A stretch of DNA of 64,000 nucleotides, from positions 5,071-69,070 of the forward strand of contig CAZJAO010000002.1 of the NCBI GenBank assembly GCA_964544395.1. The letters run 5' to 3'. This stretch comes from Candidatus Woesearchaeota archaeon. Lineage in GTDB: Archaea > Nanobdellota > Nanobdellia > Pacearchaeales > GW2011-AR1. The position numbers were made by a program, and so were the translations under genes. The notes beneath the pieces are model-generated. The model worked only from the letters and a program-made list of their open reading frames with translations, ran no database searches and was not told the DNA's origin. This document shows, in pieces, positions 17,730-27,003 of this stretch; within the stretch, counting starts at the first letter, position 1; each line of letters begins with the position of its first letter.

Positions 17730-18640
17730 TTTACCCTGCTTTCTACCTCTTGAATAATAGCATCCTGCATTTTTATATTATACAGGGCATCAGGTTCGGA
17801 GACCAATAATTCACCCGCTCCTTTAATCGCAGATATGAATCTCCGAATAGAAACATTTAATGGATCCTCAACACACATGGTTTTTCCATCATATTCTAAT
17901 TTATTTCTGTAAACCCCTCCAACATTTTCTACTTTTCTCTCAAATTCAACTCCGTTTATGTAAAAAGTCATTTGTCTTGGTCTCTCTTCCTTTACTTTCA
18001 TTTTGTAAGACACAGGCACACCCCCATAATCAAAAGCAATTGTTGCAATCTCATTTCCTAGAAGAAAATCCAATCTTTCAATCGGTCTCTGCCCGAGAAG
18101 TTTAATTAGAAAACTGTTCATATGAGGGAGAACATCTGAAGCCATATTTACAAAGCCCTTTTTAGCAGGTTCCATGTAAACTGAGAATTTTTCAATATCG
18201 TTCTTAAGCGGTGCAGGAATTTTCTCTAAAAGAGAAATCCATTGGGTGTTTGTAGACAAAATTTTACCATGGGATTTTGCCAGATTAAACAACTCTTCAA
18301 CAACTCTATGATTATCATATTCGGAATCTAGAACAAGAGGTTTTTCACATAATACATGACTATTATAGCTGAGGCAACGCCTTATCTGTCTAGAATGATA
18401 TTCTGGAGGCGTGCAAATACTAACTACGTCTGGTTTTTCTTTTTCTAATAACTTTTCCAAATCCCAATAGGGCACGGCATCAATTCCGTAAGAAAGTTTT
18501 AGCTTTTCAGCCCTTTCTTTTGCAGTTTTTTCTGAAGATGTTAAAATAGCGACAACATCACATCCCACATTTTTAAATTCCCTTGCATGAAATTCTCCAA
18601 TTTTGCCCGGACCTAAAATCGCTGCTCTTAATTTCTCCAT
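17726..18640 (-). CDS. Gfo/Idh/MocA-family NAD(P)-dependent oxidoreductase
   Basis: AILGPGKIGEFHAREF...PDVVSICTPPEYH is the N-terminal Rossmann motif of the family. Confidence 0.7.
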   Translation of the reverse strand: MEKLRAAILGPGKIGEFHAREFKNVGCDVVAILTSSEKTAKERAEKLKLSYGIDAVPYWDLEKLLEKEKPDVVSICTPPEYHSRQIRRCLSYNSHVLCEKPLVLDSEYDNHRVVEELFNLAKSHGKILSTNTQWISLLEKIPAPLKNDIEKFSVYMEPAKKGFVNMASDVLPHMNSFLIKLLGQRPIERLDFLLGNEIATIAFDYGGVPVSYKMKVKEERPRQMTFYINGVEFERKVENVGGVYRNKLEYDGKTMCVEDPLNVSIRRFISAIKGAGELLVSEPDALYNIKMQDAIIQEVESRVK

Positions 18641-18652
18641 GTTAGAAACAGA

Positions 18653-21370
18653 TTAAATAATTCTTATTTCAGGATAAGAGGTTATGAATCTTACTCCCTT
18701 TTCTCTTAAATTTAAATTGTTTTTTATTATCTCATCAGTATAATTCCAAGCTAAAATATAAACAAAATCTGGAACGTTTGAGGAAAGATATTCTTTACTT
18801 CTTATTGGAATCTTTACGCCCGGAACAAATTTGTCATATTTTAGGGGATTATCCTCAACAATATAATCTATGTAACTATTGTCAATCTGGTAAAAATTTA
18901 ATGAAGTGGTTGCTTTTGCAGGAGCCCCATAACCAACAATTCTCTTGCCGTGGCTTTTTATTTCCCTTAGCAATTCTCTTGTTTTCTCTCGTTTGTCCAT
19001 TATCTTCTGAGCAAAATTTTGATAAGTAGAGAACTTATCCAATCCCAGGTTTCTTTCTTCATTTAAGAATCTTTCAACACTAATGTCTTTGATATGCCTG
19101 CCCCCTGCTTTTTGAACAAATACCCTTATGGAACCACCATGAACATCCAATCTTTCTAATTTGAATATTTCCATGCCATTCCTTTTGAAGAATTCATTCA
19201 ATGAAAGGGCGCTGAAATAAGACAAGTGTTCATGGTAGATATTATCAAAAGTCAGTCCCCTTATTGTATCAAGAACATACTGTGCTTCAATTACAAAAGC
19301 TCCGTCATCTTTGAGAAGCAATTTTACATTCTCAGTAAAATCTTTTATATCCTTGACATGTGCGAATACATTTGCTGCAGTGACTACATCTACTTTTCCC
19401 TTACTCTTTAATATCTCTTCAACTATTTCTTTATTCCAAAAACCAGTCAGGGTAGGAATTCCTGCATCATTCGCAATTTTGCTTACATTTTCCGCAGGCT
19501 CAATTCCAATAACTTTCATTCCCATTTCTTTGAAATATTTTAAGAGAGTTCCATCATTGCTTCCAATATCTGCGATTAAGGAATCACTATTTAATCTCAG
19601 TTCATTTCTCACTTTTTCAGCCATTTCTTTAAAATGGTCTCTTGTTGTTGCGGTTGTTGAAGTTAAAAATAGATAATGCTTGAACATTTTTTCAGGAGGA
19701 ACAACATACGATAATTGGCATAAATGACAATTCTCACAATACATCATTTCTAGAGGAAATAATTCCTCTTTGTTCAGGTCTTCTTTATCTAATAAATTGT
19801 TGGCCAATGGGCTTTTGCCGAGAGATAAAACCGATTTTAGGTTATTGCTACCACAGACTCTGCAATTATTTTGGAGACCAAATCCCTCATTTTTCTTAAC
19901 AGCATTTTTATAAGATTCTATTTTATCTGCCTTAACCAATTCGTAAGGAACAGTGTGTTTTCCATAATTTTCCTTTTTTCTTTCTCCAGTAACTAAATTA
20001 AGCAGAACGGTATCTTCAAGGAAAATTTGAGTATGGGCAAGATTTGGCGGAGTGATTACCAGGTCTCCCCCCCGAACAAGGTGATATTTGATTGGACTTG
20101 CTTCATCTAACAAATCTTTGTAAACGCTTACATAAGAGCCGGAAATTACAAGAACTTTTTGTTCTTGTTCAGGATGATAATGATTTCCCCTTAGTATTCC
20201 ACTTTTTTCACTTACATTATTTGTATCAATTAAACCAATCCAGTTTATAGGTTCAGGAAGGTAATAATTATCTATCACTCCTCTTCCATCCTTAAAAGAA
20301 TCCGCGCCCTTGACAATAATTTCTTCTCTTGAAAGAGGATCTCTTTTCTCATTGCTTTCTTCTAATTTTTTTAGTTCAAATACCGCGCTTCCACCATCCT
20401 CTAAAAATTTCATAGGATGTATTTTTCCTTTCTTTACCAGATTTCTATAAAATTCTATGGACCTCTTAATCCCCTCCTCCAGAGAAACTTTTGGTTTCCA
20501 TCCAAGTGATTGCAACTTTGTAGCATCAATAAATTGTTCTTGAATTTCTTGTAGATATGGGGGTCTGGAAGCAATTTCGATGTATTTATCCGGATTTTTT
20601 CCCATAATAATGCAGATTCTCTTTACCAAATCGCCTATTCTCAAATTTTCTGTTCCACCACAGCAATAAACTTCTCCATTTTTTCCTTTTTCAGAGACAG
20701 TCACGAATGCTTCAGCAACATCATCAATATAAACGAATTCTCTTACATGGTTCTCGGAATCTTTCCAAACTCTTACAGGCATATCTTTTTCTAATCGGAT
20801 TATAGAATTTGGAACTATTCTTGTAGTGTTAAAATCTCCCGGCCCATAAAAATTTGAGCTAGCAATAATCTTAATTGGCAACCCATAATTTCTTGCATAA
20901 GCCAAAGATATAATCTGCTGGCATGCTTTTGAAGAATCATAAACAAAAAGAGGCCTAAGAGGACTTTTCTCTGTATATGGAATTGGAGCTTCTCCAAATG
21001 CCTTATCGCTCGTTGAAACAACAATGCTCTTTATACTGCTTGCTCTTCCTGGATTCCTGCAGGCTTCAAGAACGCTTACAAGTCCCATTATATTTATATC
21101 AAAAGCGGTTGCAGGGTCTTCAGCGCAATATTTTTGTATTGCCCATGAAGCGAGGTGGTAAACCTCTTCTATTCCATATTCAACAATGACTCTTCTTAGC
21201 AAATTAGAATCTCTAACGTCCCCAATTACAGATATATCTGGTCTTTCTTTATCATCTCTGATGTAATTTTCTTCCTTTTCTATTCCGACGACAAAATGGC
21301 CCATCTCTTTCAACTTCTTGACTAGAACTGTTCCAAGGAACCCATCGTGGCCAGTAATAAGCGTGTTCAT
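18653..21370 (-). CDS. Tri-domain fusion of about 905 aa. The N-terminal domain is an NDP-sugar 4,6-dehydratase-like SDR. The middle is an RmlC/WxcM-like cupin (ketoisomerase or epimerase type). The C-terminal half is a zinc-binding C-methyltransferase of the TylCIII-like C3-methyltransferase family.
   Basis: The N-terminus has LITGHDGFLGTVL and YDSSK. The middle domain has GNHYHPEQEQ...LAHTQ (cupin His ligands). The C-terminus has CRVCGS...CENCHLCQ zinc-finger motifs, the SAM motif ADIGSNDG and IYHEHLSYFS from the C-methyltransferase C-terminal domain. Confidence 0.6.
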   Translation of the reverse strand: MNTLITGHDGFLGTVLVKKLKEMGHFVVGIEKEENYIRDDKERPDISVIGDVRDSNLLRRVIVEYGIEEVYHLASWAIQKYCAEDPATAFDINIMGLVSVLEACRNPGRASSIKSIVVSTSDKAFGEAPIPYTEKSPLRPLFVYDSSKACQQIISLAYARNYGLPIKIIASSNFYGPGDFNTTRIVPNSIIRLEKDMPVRVWKDSENHVREFVYIDDVAEAFVTVSEKGKNGEVYCCGGTENLRIGDLVKRICIIMGKNPDKYIEIASRPPYLQEIQEQFIDATKLQSLGWKPKVSLEEGIKRSIEFYRNLVKKGKIHPMKFLEDGGSAVFELKKLEESNEKRDPLSREEIIVKGADSFKDGRGVIDNYYLPEPINWIGLIDTNNVSEKSGILRGNHYHPEQEQKVLVISGSYVSVYKDLLDEASPIKYHLVRGGDLVITPPNLAHTQIFLEDTVLLNLVTGERKKENYGKHTVPYELVKADKIESYKNAVKKNEGFGLQNNCRVCGSNNLKSVLSLGKSPLANNLLDKEDLNKEELFPLEMMYCENCHLCQLSYVVPPEKMFKHYLFLTSTTATTRDHFKEMAEKVRNELRLNSDSLIADIGSNDGTLLKYFKEMGMKVIGIEPAENVSKIANDAGIPTLTGFWNKEIVEEILKSKGKVDVVTAANVFAHVKDIKDFTENVKLLLKDDGAFVIEAQYVLDTIRGLTFDNIYHEHLSYFSALSLNEFFKRNGMEIFKLERLDVHGGSIRVFVQKAGGRHIKDISVERFLNEERNLGLDKFSTYQNFAQKIMDKREKTRELLREIKSHGKRIVGYGAPAKATTSLNFYQIDNSYIDYIVEDNPLKYDKFVPGVKIPIRSKEYLSSNVPDFVYILAWNYTDEIIKNNLNLREKGVRFITSYPEIRII

Positions 21371-21502
21371 TAATCTATAACTATAATATCTCTTTTTAAA
21401 GATTTATGAAACAAAAATTCATATTCCAAATCTTCTTGTTTTGGCTGAATTTACTGATTTGAGCATCATAAAATTTAAAATCTGTCACCATCTTATATCT
21501 AA

Positions 21503-22435
21503 ATGAATAAAACAGATGTGCCTATTCTTATTCTGGCATTCAATAGACCGGATACTACTTTCAAGGTTTTCAATGCTATTAGAGAAATAAAACCCAAAAA
21601 GCTTTTTATTGCTGTTGATGGACCTCGTCCAGGAAATGAAATGGATGAGATAAATGTAAAAAAAGTAAGAGAGATTTTAAGCAATGTGGATTGGCCATGC
21701 AAGGTAAAGAAAATATTCAGGGAAAAAAATCTTGGTTCTTTAAACTCTACTGTAGGTGCTATCACTTGGTTCTTTGAAAATGTTGAATACGGTGCGATAG
21801 TAGAAGACGACTGCCTGCCAAGTTCGGATTTTTTTAAATTTTGCGCAGAGCTTCTTGAAAAATACAAAGATGATGAAAGAATAATGCACATAGGCGGAAA
21901 TAACTTTCAGAGGGGCTGGACTCGTGATAAATACTCTTACTATTTCTCCTATTACCCTTACATGTGGGGTTGGGCTACTTGGGCAAGAGCTTGGAAGAAA
22001 TTTGACCGAACAATGGGAGCTTACCCCGAGTTGAAAAATAAAGGATATTTTAGAGATATCTATCCAAACAAATTAGAAGAAACATATATTAGAAGGCTTA
22101 TTGAAGGCACCTATTCAGGAAAGAATCCTACTGGATGGGATAATAACTGGATATTTACTCTTTTGACAAATAATGGGTTGTCCATAGCTCCAAATAAAAA
22201 CCTTGTAAAAAATATCGGGTTTGTTGAGAATTCTGTTCGTACAAAACCTATAGACTCTTTTTTGTCAATAGACACTCAAGAAATGGAATTTCCTTTGAAA
22301 CATCCGCCATTTATTTTCCGAGACCGTAAAACTGATGAGAGATATATACGATGGATTTATCGGACTAAACTGAGAAAATATTTCTTAATGAAAACGGGAT
22401 TATACAAACTTTTTTCTAAGAACAAAAAAAACTGA
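21503..22435 (+). CDS. GT-A-fold glycosyltransferase (GnT-I/HlpA-like family)
   Basis: PILILAFNRPD...FIAVDGPR...IVEDDC. The EDD motif lies in a GT-A Rossmann context. Confidence 0.4.
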   Translation: MNKTDVPILILAFNRPDTTFKVFNAIREIKPKKLFIAVDGPRPGNEMDEINVKKVREILSNVDWPCKVKKIFREKNLGSLNSTVGAITWFFENVEYGAIVEDDCLPSSDFFKFCAELLEKYKDDERIMHIGGNNFQRGWTRDKYSYYFSYYPYMWGWATWARAWKKFDRTMGAYPELKNKGYFRDIYPNKLEETYIRRLIEGTYSGKNPTGWDNNWIFTLLTNNGLSIAPNKNLVKNIGFVENSVRTKPIDSFLSIDTQEMEFPLKHPPFIFRDRKTDERYIRWIYRTKLRKYFLMKTGLYKLFSKNKKN

Positions 22436-23209
22436 TTGGGGTCTTATCTTGTGCCAAGCTTTGGTTGCATGATACTTTTTGTTCCATGAAAATATCTTGC
22501 TTAAAAGAATATCGAGATAAATAACAAGTTTGGATTTCTTGAATCCATTGTTAATATCCCATATTCTTCTGGTTGTTGGAAATAAAACCCTATCTTCTGA
22601 TAGAATTTCCAATCCATTTTGAAGGATTATTTGTTTGAAAATATTTAATGGAATCCCTCTCTCTCTTAATGTTAAGCCCTTTCTCTCTTTTCTCCAATCC
22701 CCCATGGAAACTATTGGTTCTCTCAAAAGAATAAAGCCCCCTTTTTTTAGGATCCTCGTTAATTCCTGAATTACAAAGCTAATATTAGGTATGTGATGAA
22801 GAACAGCAAAACAGGTGATTAAATCAATGCTTCCCTCGGGCAAATCAATTTTGCCTGAAGCATTAGGTGAAATATATTCTATCTTCTTACCCCCTATTTT
22901 TCCGACTCTTAATTTATGAGATGGCTCTAAAATTATTACTTCCTTGATTCTATCTATTATTGGGAGGAGTTCATCTCCGGAAGCTCCTCCAAAACTAAGA
23001 ACTTTGCTAAATTCTTTTATCCTTTTTATTTTATTATACCCATGAATCTTATTGAGCTCATGAAACTCATAAAAATATGGGGCTTCGGAAATCAGTCCAG
23101 AATATCCTTCTTTTTCATCGTTAAACCATGCTTCAATTTGTTTTCTATTGAAATCATCCCCGTATAGTTTCTTACCTGAAAAATATTCTTCAAAATTTTC
23201 GTCTTTCAT
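22400..23209 (-). CDS. Class I SAM-dependent methyltransferase
   Basis: Methyltransf_11/23-like. GSIDLITCFAVLHHIPN...LKKGGFILLRE. Confidence 0.55.
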   Translation of the reverse strand: MKDENFEEYFSGKKLYGDDFNRKQIEAWFNDEKEGYSGLISEAPYFYEFHELNKIHGYNKIKRIKEFSKVLSFGGASGDELLPIIDRIKEVIILEPSHKLRVGKIGGKKIEYISPNASGKIDLPEGSIDLITCFAVLHHIPNISFVIQELTRILKKGGFILLREPIVSMGDWRKERKGLTLRERGIPLNIFKQIILQNGLEILSEDRVLFPTTRRIWDINNGFKKSKLVIYLDILLSKIFSWNKKYHATKAWHKIRPQSVFFVLRKKFV

Positions 23210-24285
23210 ATCTCTTTGTTAAAAATCTCAATTAATTTTCTTTCTGAAATCTCAAATTGGAAGTTCTTCTTGAAAAATTGCCTAATTTTATTTGAATCTA
23301 TTTTCTTTTTTGCCATGATTTTTAATTTTTCTGCTAGGCTGTTCCAATCTCCCCGTTTTGCCACATAGCCCAAAAAATCTTTCGACACCATCTCTTTTAT
23401 TGCTCCGGTATTATAAGATAAGACGGGAATTCCGAACATAAAAGATTCTAAAATAACTAAAGGAAAAGATTCATTCTCATATTGTGTCGGAAAGATAAGA
23501 GAATTTGCCTCGCTCAATACTTGCTCCTTCTCTTTTCCAAACTTGGGACCAAGATAAGTGCATTCTTTTTCCAAAGCGTATTCTTTTCTTAGCGAAAACC
23601 ATTTCTCTTCGGTTTCTTTATCTGGAAAACTTCCGACAAACAAGCACTTGAACTTAATTTGACTCTTTAATAAATTGCAAATTCTTAATGTATCTAATGC
23701 GCCCTTTGTTTCATACATATTAGACAAAAATAATAAAACTAATTCTTTTTTCTTTTTCCTATTGCTTAGAACCGCTTCAAACTTTTTATCATCTAGTTCG
23801 TCTTTTATCCCGTTTGGAACAAAGTAGACATGATCTTTATCAAAAATGGTTGACACTTCATCATAAAGTAAGGGAGAGAGTATAATCATCTTGCTGTTCC
23901 CAAAAACAAATTTTGCATATCTGGAAAATTTAAGTCCTTTAGTATGTGTTTGAAAGATAACTTTCTTTCCAAATAGTTTGCATTCCAGAACATAAATGCT
24001 GTCTCTTATAAATGCGAAACCTTTAACCGGAATCTCAAAATAAATTAAGTCTGGTTTGAATGAGATTAATTCTTTGAGCAGTTTAAAAAATACTGCAAAA
24101 GCACCCATGAACTTCTTGGCATTAATAGAACCCATCTCATCCAGTTTGTCAAAATAGTTAATTTTTATTTTTTTCAATTCAAAATTTTTATTCATCTCTT
24201 TTCCGTTGAAGTATAATTCATTCATTATGGATGCCCCGTGTGTTGGGGGGGGAAATCGACCTAAAAATAAAATTTTCTTTTTCAT
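23206..24285 (-). CDS. Glycosyltransferase family 4 (GT-B, retaining)
   Basis: The C-terminal E-x7-E motif is ESFPLVILESFMFGIPVL. Confidence 0.7.
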   Translation of the reverse strand: MKKKILFLGRFPPPTHGASIMNELYFNGKEMNKNFELKKIKINYFDKLDEMGSINAKKFMGAFAVFFKLLKELISFKPDLIYFEIPVKGFAFIRDSIYVLECKLFGKKVIFQTHTKGLKFSRYAKFVFGNSKMIILSPLLYDEVSTIFDKDHVYFVPNGIKDELDDKKFEAVLSNRKKKKELVLLFLSNMYETKGALDTLRICNLLKSQIKFKCLFVGSFPDKETEEKWFSLRKEYALEKECTYLGPKFGKEKEQVLSEANSLIFPTQYENESFPLVILESFMFGIPVLSYNTGAIKEMVSKDFLGYVAKRGDWNSLAEKLKIMAKKKIDSNKIRQFFKKNFQFEISERKLIEIFNKEI

Positions 24286-25010
24286 TCTATATATCTCAGG
24301 TATATTATTGCCTTTAAGCTTCTTAGCACTTTAGTCTTTGAATGTTTGAAATCGGTAATTAATCTATAAAACCATTCTAATCCGAGGGTGCTAAATATCT
24401 TTGGGGCCCTCTTCTTTTTTTCCAATAAAAAATCTAATCCTGCTCCAACATTAAAAAATAATTTTGTCTTATCAAATAGTTTATCCGTAAGGAAATTTTG
24501 TTTTGGGCATCCCAGTCCAATCCAGACGTATTCTATTTTTTTGGATTTGATAATCTCTGCAATTTTCTTTATTTCTTCCTCAGAAAATTCCCCTTCTTTT
24601 ATGTATGGCGGATTATAGCAGAATAAATTGCTCCTCTTAAGATAAGGATATTTTTTTAATATTTTTGTCAGGTCTTCTTCTTCCAGCCCAATAAATAACT
24701 GCCTTGAATTAGGAAGAACTTTATTTTCAAAAATCTGTTTTGTAAAATCAGGTCCCGTTAGTCTTTTTATCCTCCTTAAATTTTTGAGGGAAAGAAAAAG
24801 GGATACAACGAATCCGTCTATGAAATTAATAGTGTGGTCCTTGAATGTGTCTTTAAACTTTGTATCTTTAGCAAAGAAGAATAAGTCATGGGAATTGATG
24901 AAATTGAAAATATATTTATTTGGATCTGAAACTTTTTCCTTAAGAAAAGATTTCAAATCTCTAATTTCTGTGAAAGATAATTTCTTTTCCATTATTCTAT
25001 TTTTATCCAC
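24282..25010 (-). CDS. WecB/TagA/CpsF-family glycosyltransferase (GT26)
   Basis: RLTGPDF...QLFIGLEEED...VWIGLGCPKQNFL...NVGAGLDFL matches the GT26 conserved blocks. Confidence 0.7.
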   Translation of the reverse strand: MDKNRIMEKKLSFTEIRDLKSFLKEKVSDPNKYIFNFINSHDLFFFAKDTKFKDTFKDHTINFIDGFVVSLFLSLKNLRRIKRLTGPDFTKQIFENKVLPNSRQLFIGLEEEDLTKILKKYPYLKRSNLFCYNPPYIKEGEFSEEEIKKIAEIIKSKKIEYVWIGLGCPKQNFLTDKLFDKTKLFFNVGAGLDFLLEKKKRAPKIFSTLGLEWFYRLITDFKHSKTKVLRSLKAIIYLRYIE

Positions 25011-25879
25011 CCTTCTGGAAGACGGTCCTCCTCTTTCTCTACATTTGTAAATTGCATAAATTCTTTTGGAGCAATCACTATCTTTTTAGGATTCGGATTC
25101 AAATATCCTGCCCACCAGCTCAGAGCACTGTTCGCCAAAATATTATGTTTGCATAATTTCATGACTTCCAAAACATGATACCCCGTATTGGGACAATCTG
25201 AGTCTTCAATAAAATATAACTCCGCCCCCATATCTTTAAGGTTTTCTTTGCACCACTTAATATCGTCAGAAAAGACATAAAACTTGGCATTTTTTACTCT
25301 TTTATTGATTATCTCTATAGCTTTTTTATAATAACTAAGGTCAAGCACTGTTGCATTCTTCAAAGTCAATAAATCGCCTCTTCGGACGTGAAGGCTAATT
25401 GAATTTTCTTTTGAGATTTTATTCAACAGGGGCATTATGGGGGATCTATACTCTTCTCTTAGAGTGAATTCTCTCTTAATTTGGTCTTTTACATCCATAA
25501 AAAATTTTTCCCTGCCTAGATATCCCCGAAGATAAGAATTGTCTGGAATCTTATAAAAATCATCTAAAGAGCCGTGGCTCGGAAAATAAACGACGTTTCG
25601 GTCAAATAATTTGTATTTTCTTATAATTTTATCAATTGGCCTAAACCCAGTTTTAATTACAAACTTTCTTATCTCTTTTTTAGATGCTTCCTGGGCAGTG
25701 ATATTCAATTTTCCTAATTCAAATTCCCATAATCCGCCATATTTTTCCCATGTAGGCCACGACTTTAAATAAGTAGTATCCAATTTTAACTCGGTATGAT
25801 CATGTTTTGCAAGAGCCAATGCTGCCGCATACACATACATTGAATTTCCAAGCCCTCTTCCGATTTCTGTGATTATCAT
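24992..25879 (-). CDS. Alpha-1,2-fucosyltransferase-family glycosyltransferase (GT11)
   Basis: GRGLGNSMYVYAAAL (GGLGNQMFQYA motif), SLHVRRGDLL (HxRRGDY), YVFSDDIKWCKENL and ILANSALSWWAGYL..PKKIVIAPK are all GT11 signatures. Confidence 0.8.
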   Translation of the reverse strand: MIITEIGRGLGNSMYVYAAALALAKHDHTELKLDTTYLKSWPTWEKYGGLWEFELGKLNITAQEASKKEIRKFVIKTGFRPIDKIIRKYKLFDRNVVYFPSHGSLDDFYKIPDNSYLRGYLGREKFFMDVKDQIKREFTLREEYRSPIMPLLNKISKENSISLHVRRGDLLTLKNATVLDLSYYKKAIEIINKRVKNAKFYVFSDDIKWCKENLKDMGAELYFIEDSDCPNTGYHVLEVMKLCKHNILANSALSWWAGYLNPNPKKIVIAPKEFMQFTNVEKEEDRLPEGWIKIE

Positions 25880-26967
25880 TTTAATGCGCCTTCATAAATC
25901 ATTCTTAATTTATTATTCCTGGATTCTATTGAAAATTTGCCTGTTTTTATTTCATTTAAGCAATTTTTTGACATAGTCTCTCTGAGATTACCCTCTTTTA
26001 TTAGTTTTTCTGTGTTTTCTTCCAATTTATTTATTAAATCAGAATAATCACTTATATTATTCAAATGTGAAACATCGAAATTCTCTGGTTCTTCAATAAC
26101 AAAACCTGTTTTATTATTTGTTATTATCTCTCTTCGAGACAGCCCTCCTACTGTTACAACTGGCAATCCAAAGCTCATGGCTTCTGTTAATCCAAAACCA
26201 AAAGTATCTGTATAAGAGGGATAAACAAAAATATCCGCCTTGGGATAAATTTCTTTAAACAATCTCTCTTGAGAGACAAATCCCAAAAATTCTATTTTGC
26301 TGTTTGCCGAATAATTCTTTTTAATTTCTTCCGAAACATCAGAGACAATTATTCCATAAACATTTTCGTGCTTCTTTGTCAATCTATCAATAACTTCCAA
26401 GGCATGCAATCCTCCCTTAAAGATAAATCTTCTTGAAGAAAATAGGAGGGTTATTCTTTTTGATTCTTTTCTAACAAATTTCCTAATAGGTATTCCTGGA
26501 TAAACAATCTTTATTTTATTGCTAATTTCAGGAAATTCTTTTGAAATACCGTCTGCAGACCATTGAGTCCATGCCAATATCTTTTTGCAATAATCACTTT
26601 CTAAAATCTTTAGAATAGCTTTCTTATTATTAATTCTCCCCGACGCCCAGAATTGATTCACATACTCTACATCACATACCCATGGATTTTTATTAAGGCT
26701 TAAACAATGTGCGCAATGAATAAGGTCATATCCTCTTTGCGTTTTTGTTAAATGTGCATTAGGCAATCCCGGCATTAGCTTTAAGATTTTTTTTATATAA
26801 TGTTTTATTTTCTGTTGTAATCTCAATTTCTTTCCACTTTGGATTAATTCAAAGTCCTCCGCATTTACGTACTGAACGTTATCTGGCGGATTTTGCCTAA
26901 GATATAAATAATAGGGAGAATCAGAAAATTTCCAAGGACTTTGTAGATAAACTTTTATTTTATTCAT
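25876..26967 (-). CDS. Glycosyltransferase family 4 (GT-B)
   Basis: FGFGLTEAMSFGLPVV is an E-x7-E-like motif in a GT-B C-terminal domain. Confidence 0.65.
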   Translation of the reverse strand: MNKIKVYLQSPWKFSDSPYYLYLRQNPPDNVQYVNAEDFELIQSGKKLRLQQKIKHYIKKILKLMPGLPNAHLTKTQRGYDLIHCAHCLSLNKNPWVCDVEYVNQFWASGRINNKKAILKILESDYCKKILAWTQWSADGISKEFPEISNKIKIVYPGIPIRKFVRKESKRITLLFSSRRFIFKGGLHALEVIDRLTKKHENVYGIIVSDVSEEIKKNYSANSKIEFLGFVSQERLFKEIYPKADIFVYPSYTDTFGFGLTEAMSFGLPVVTVGGLSRREIITNNKTGFVIEEPENFDVSHLNNISDYSDLINKLEENTEKLIKEGNLRETMSKNCLNEIKTGKFSIESRNNKLRMIYEGALK

Positions 26968-27003
26968 ATTTAATATAGTCAGAAACTTATTTTAAATGTT
27001 AAT

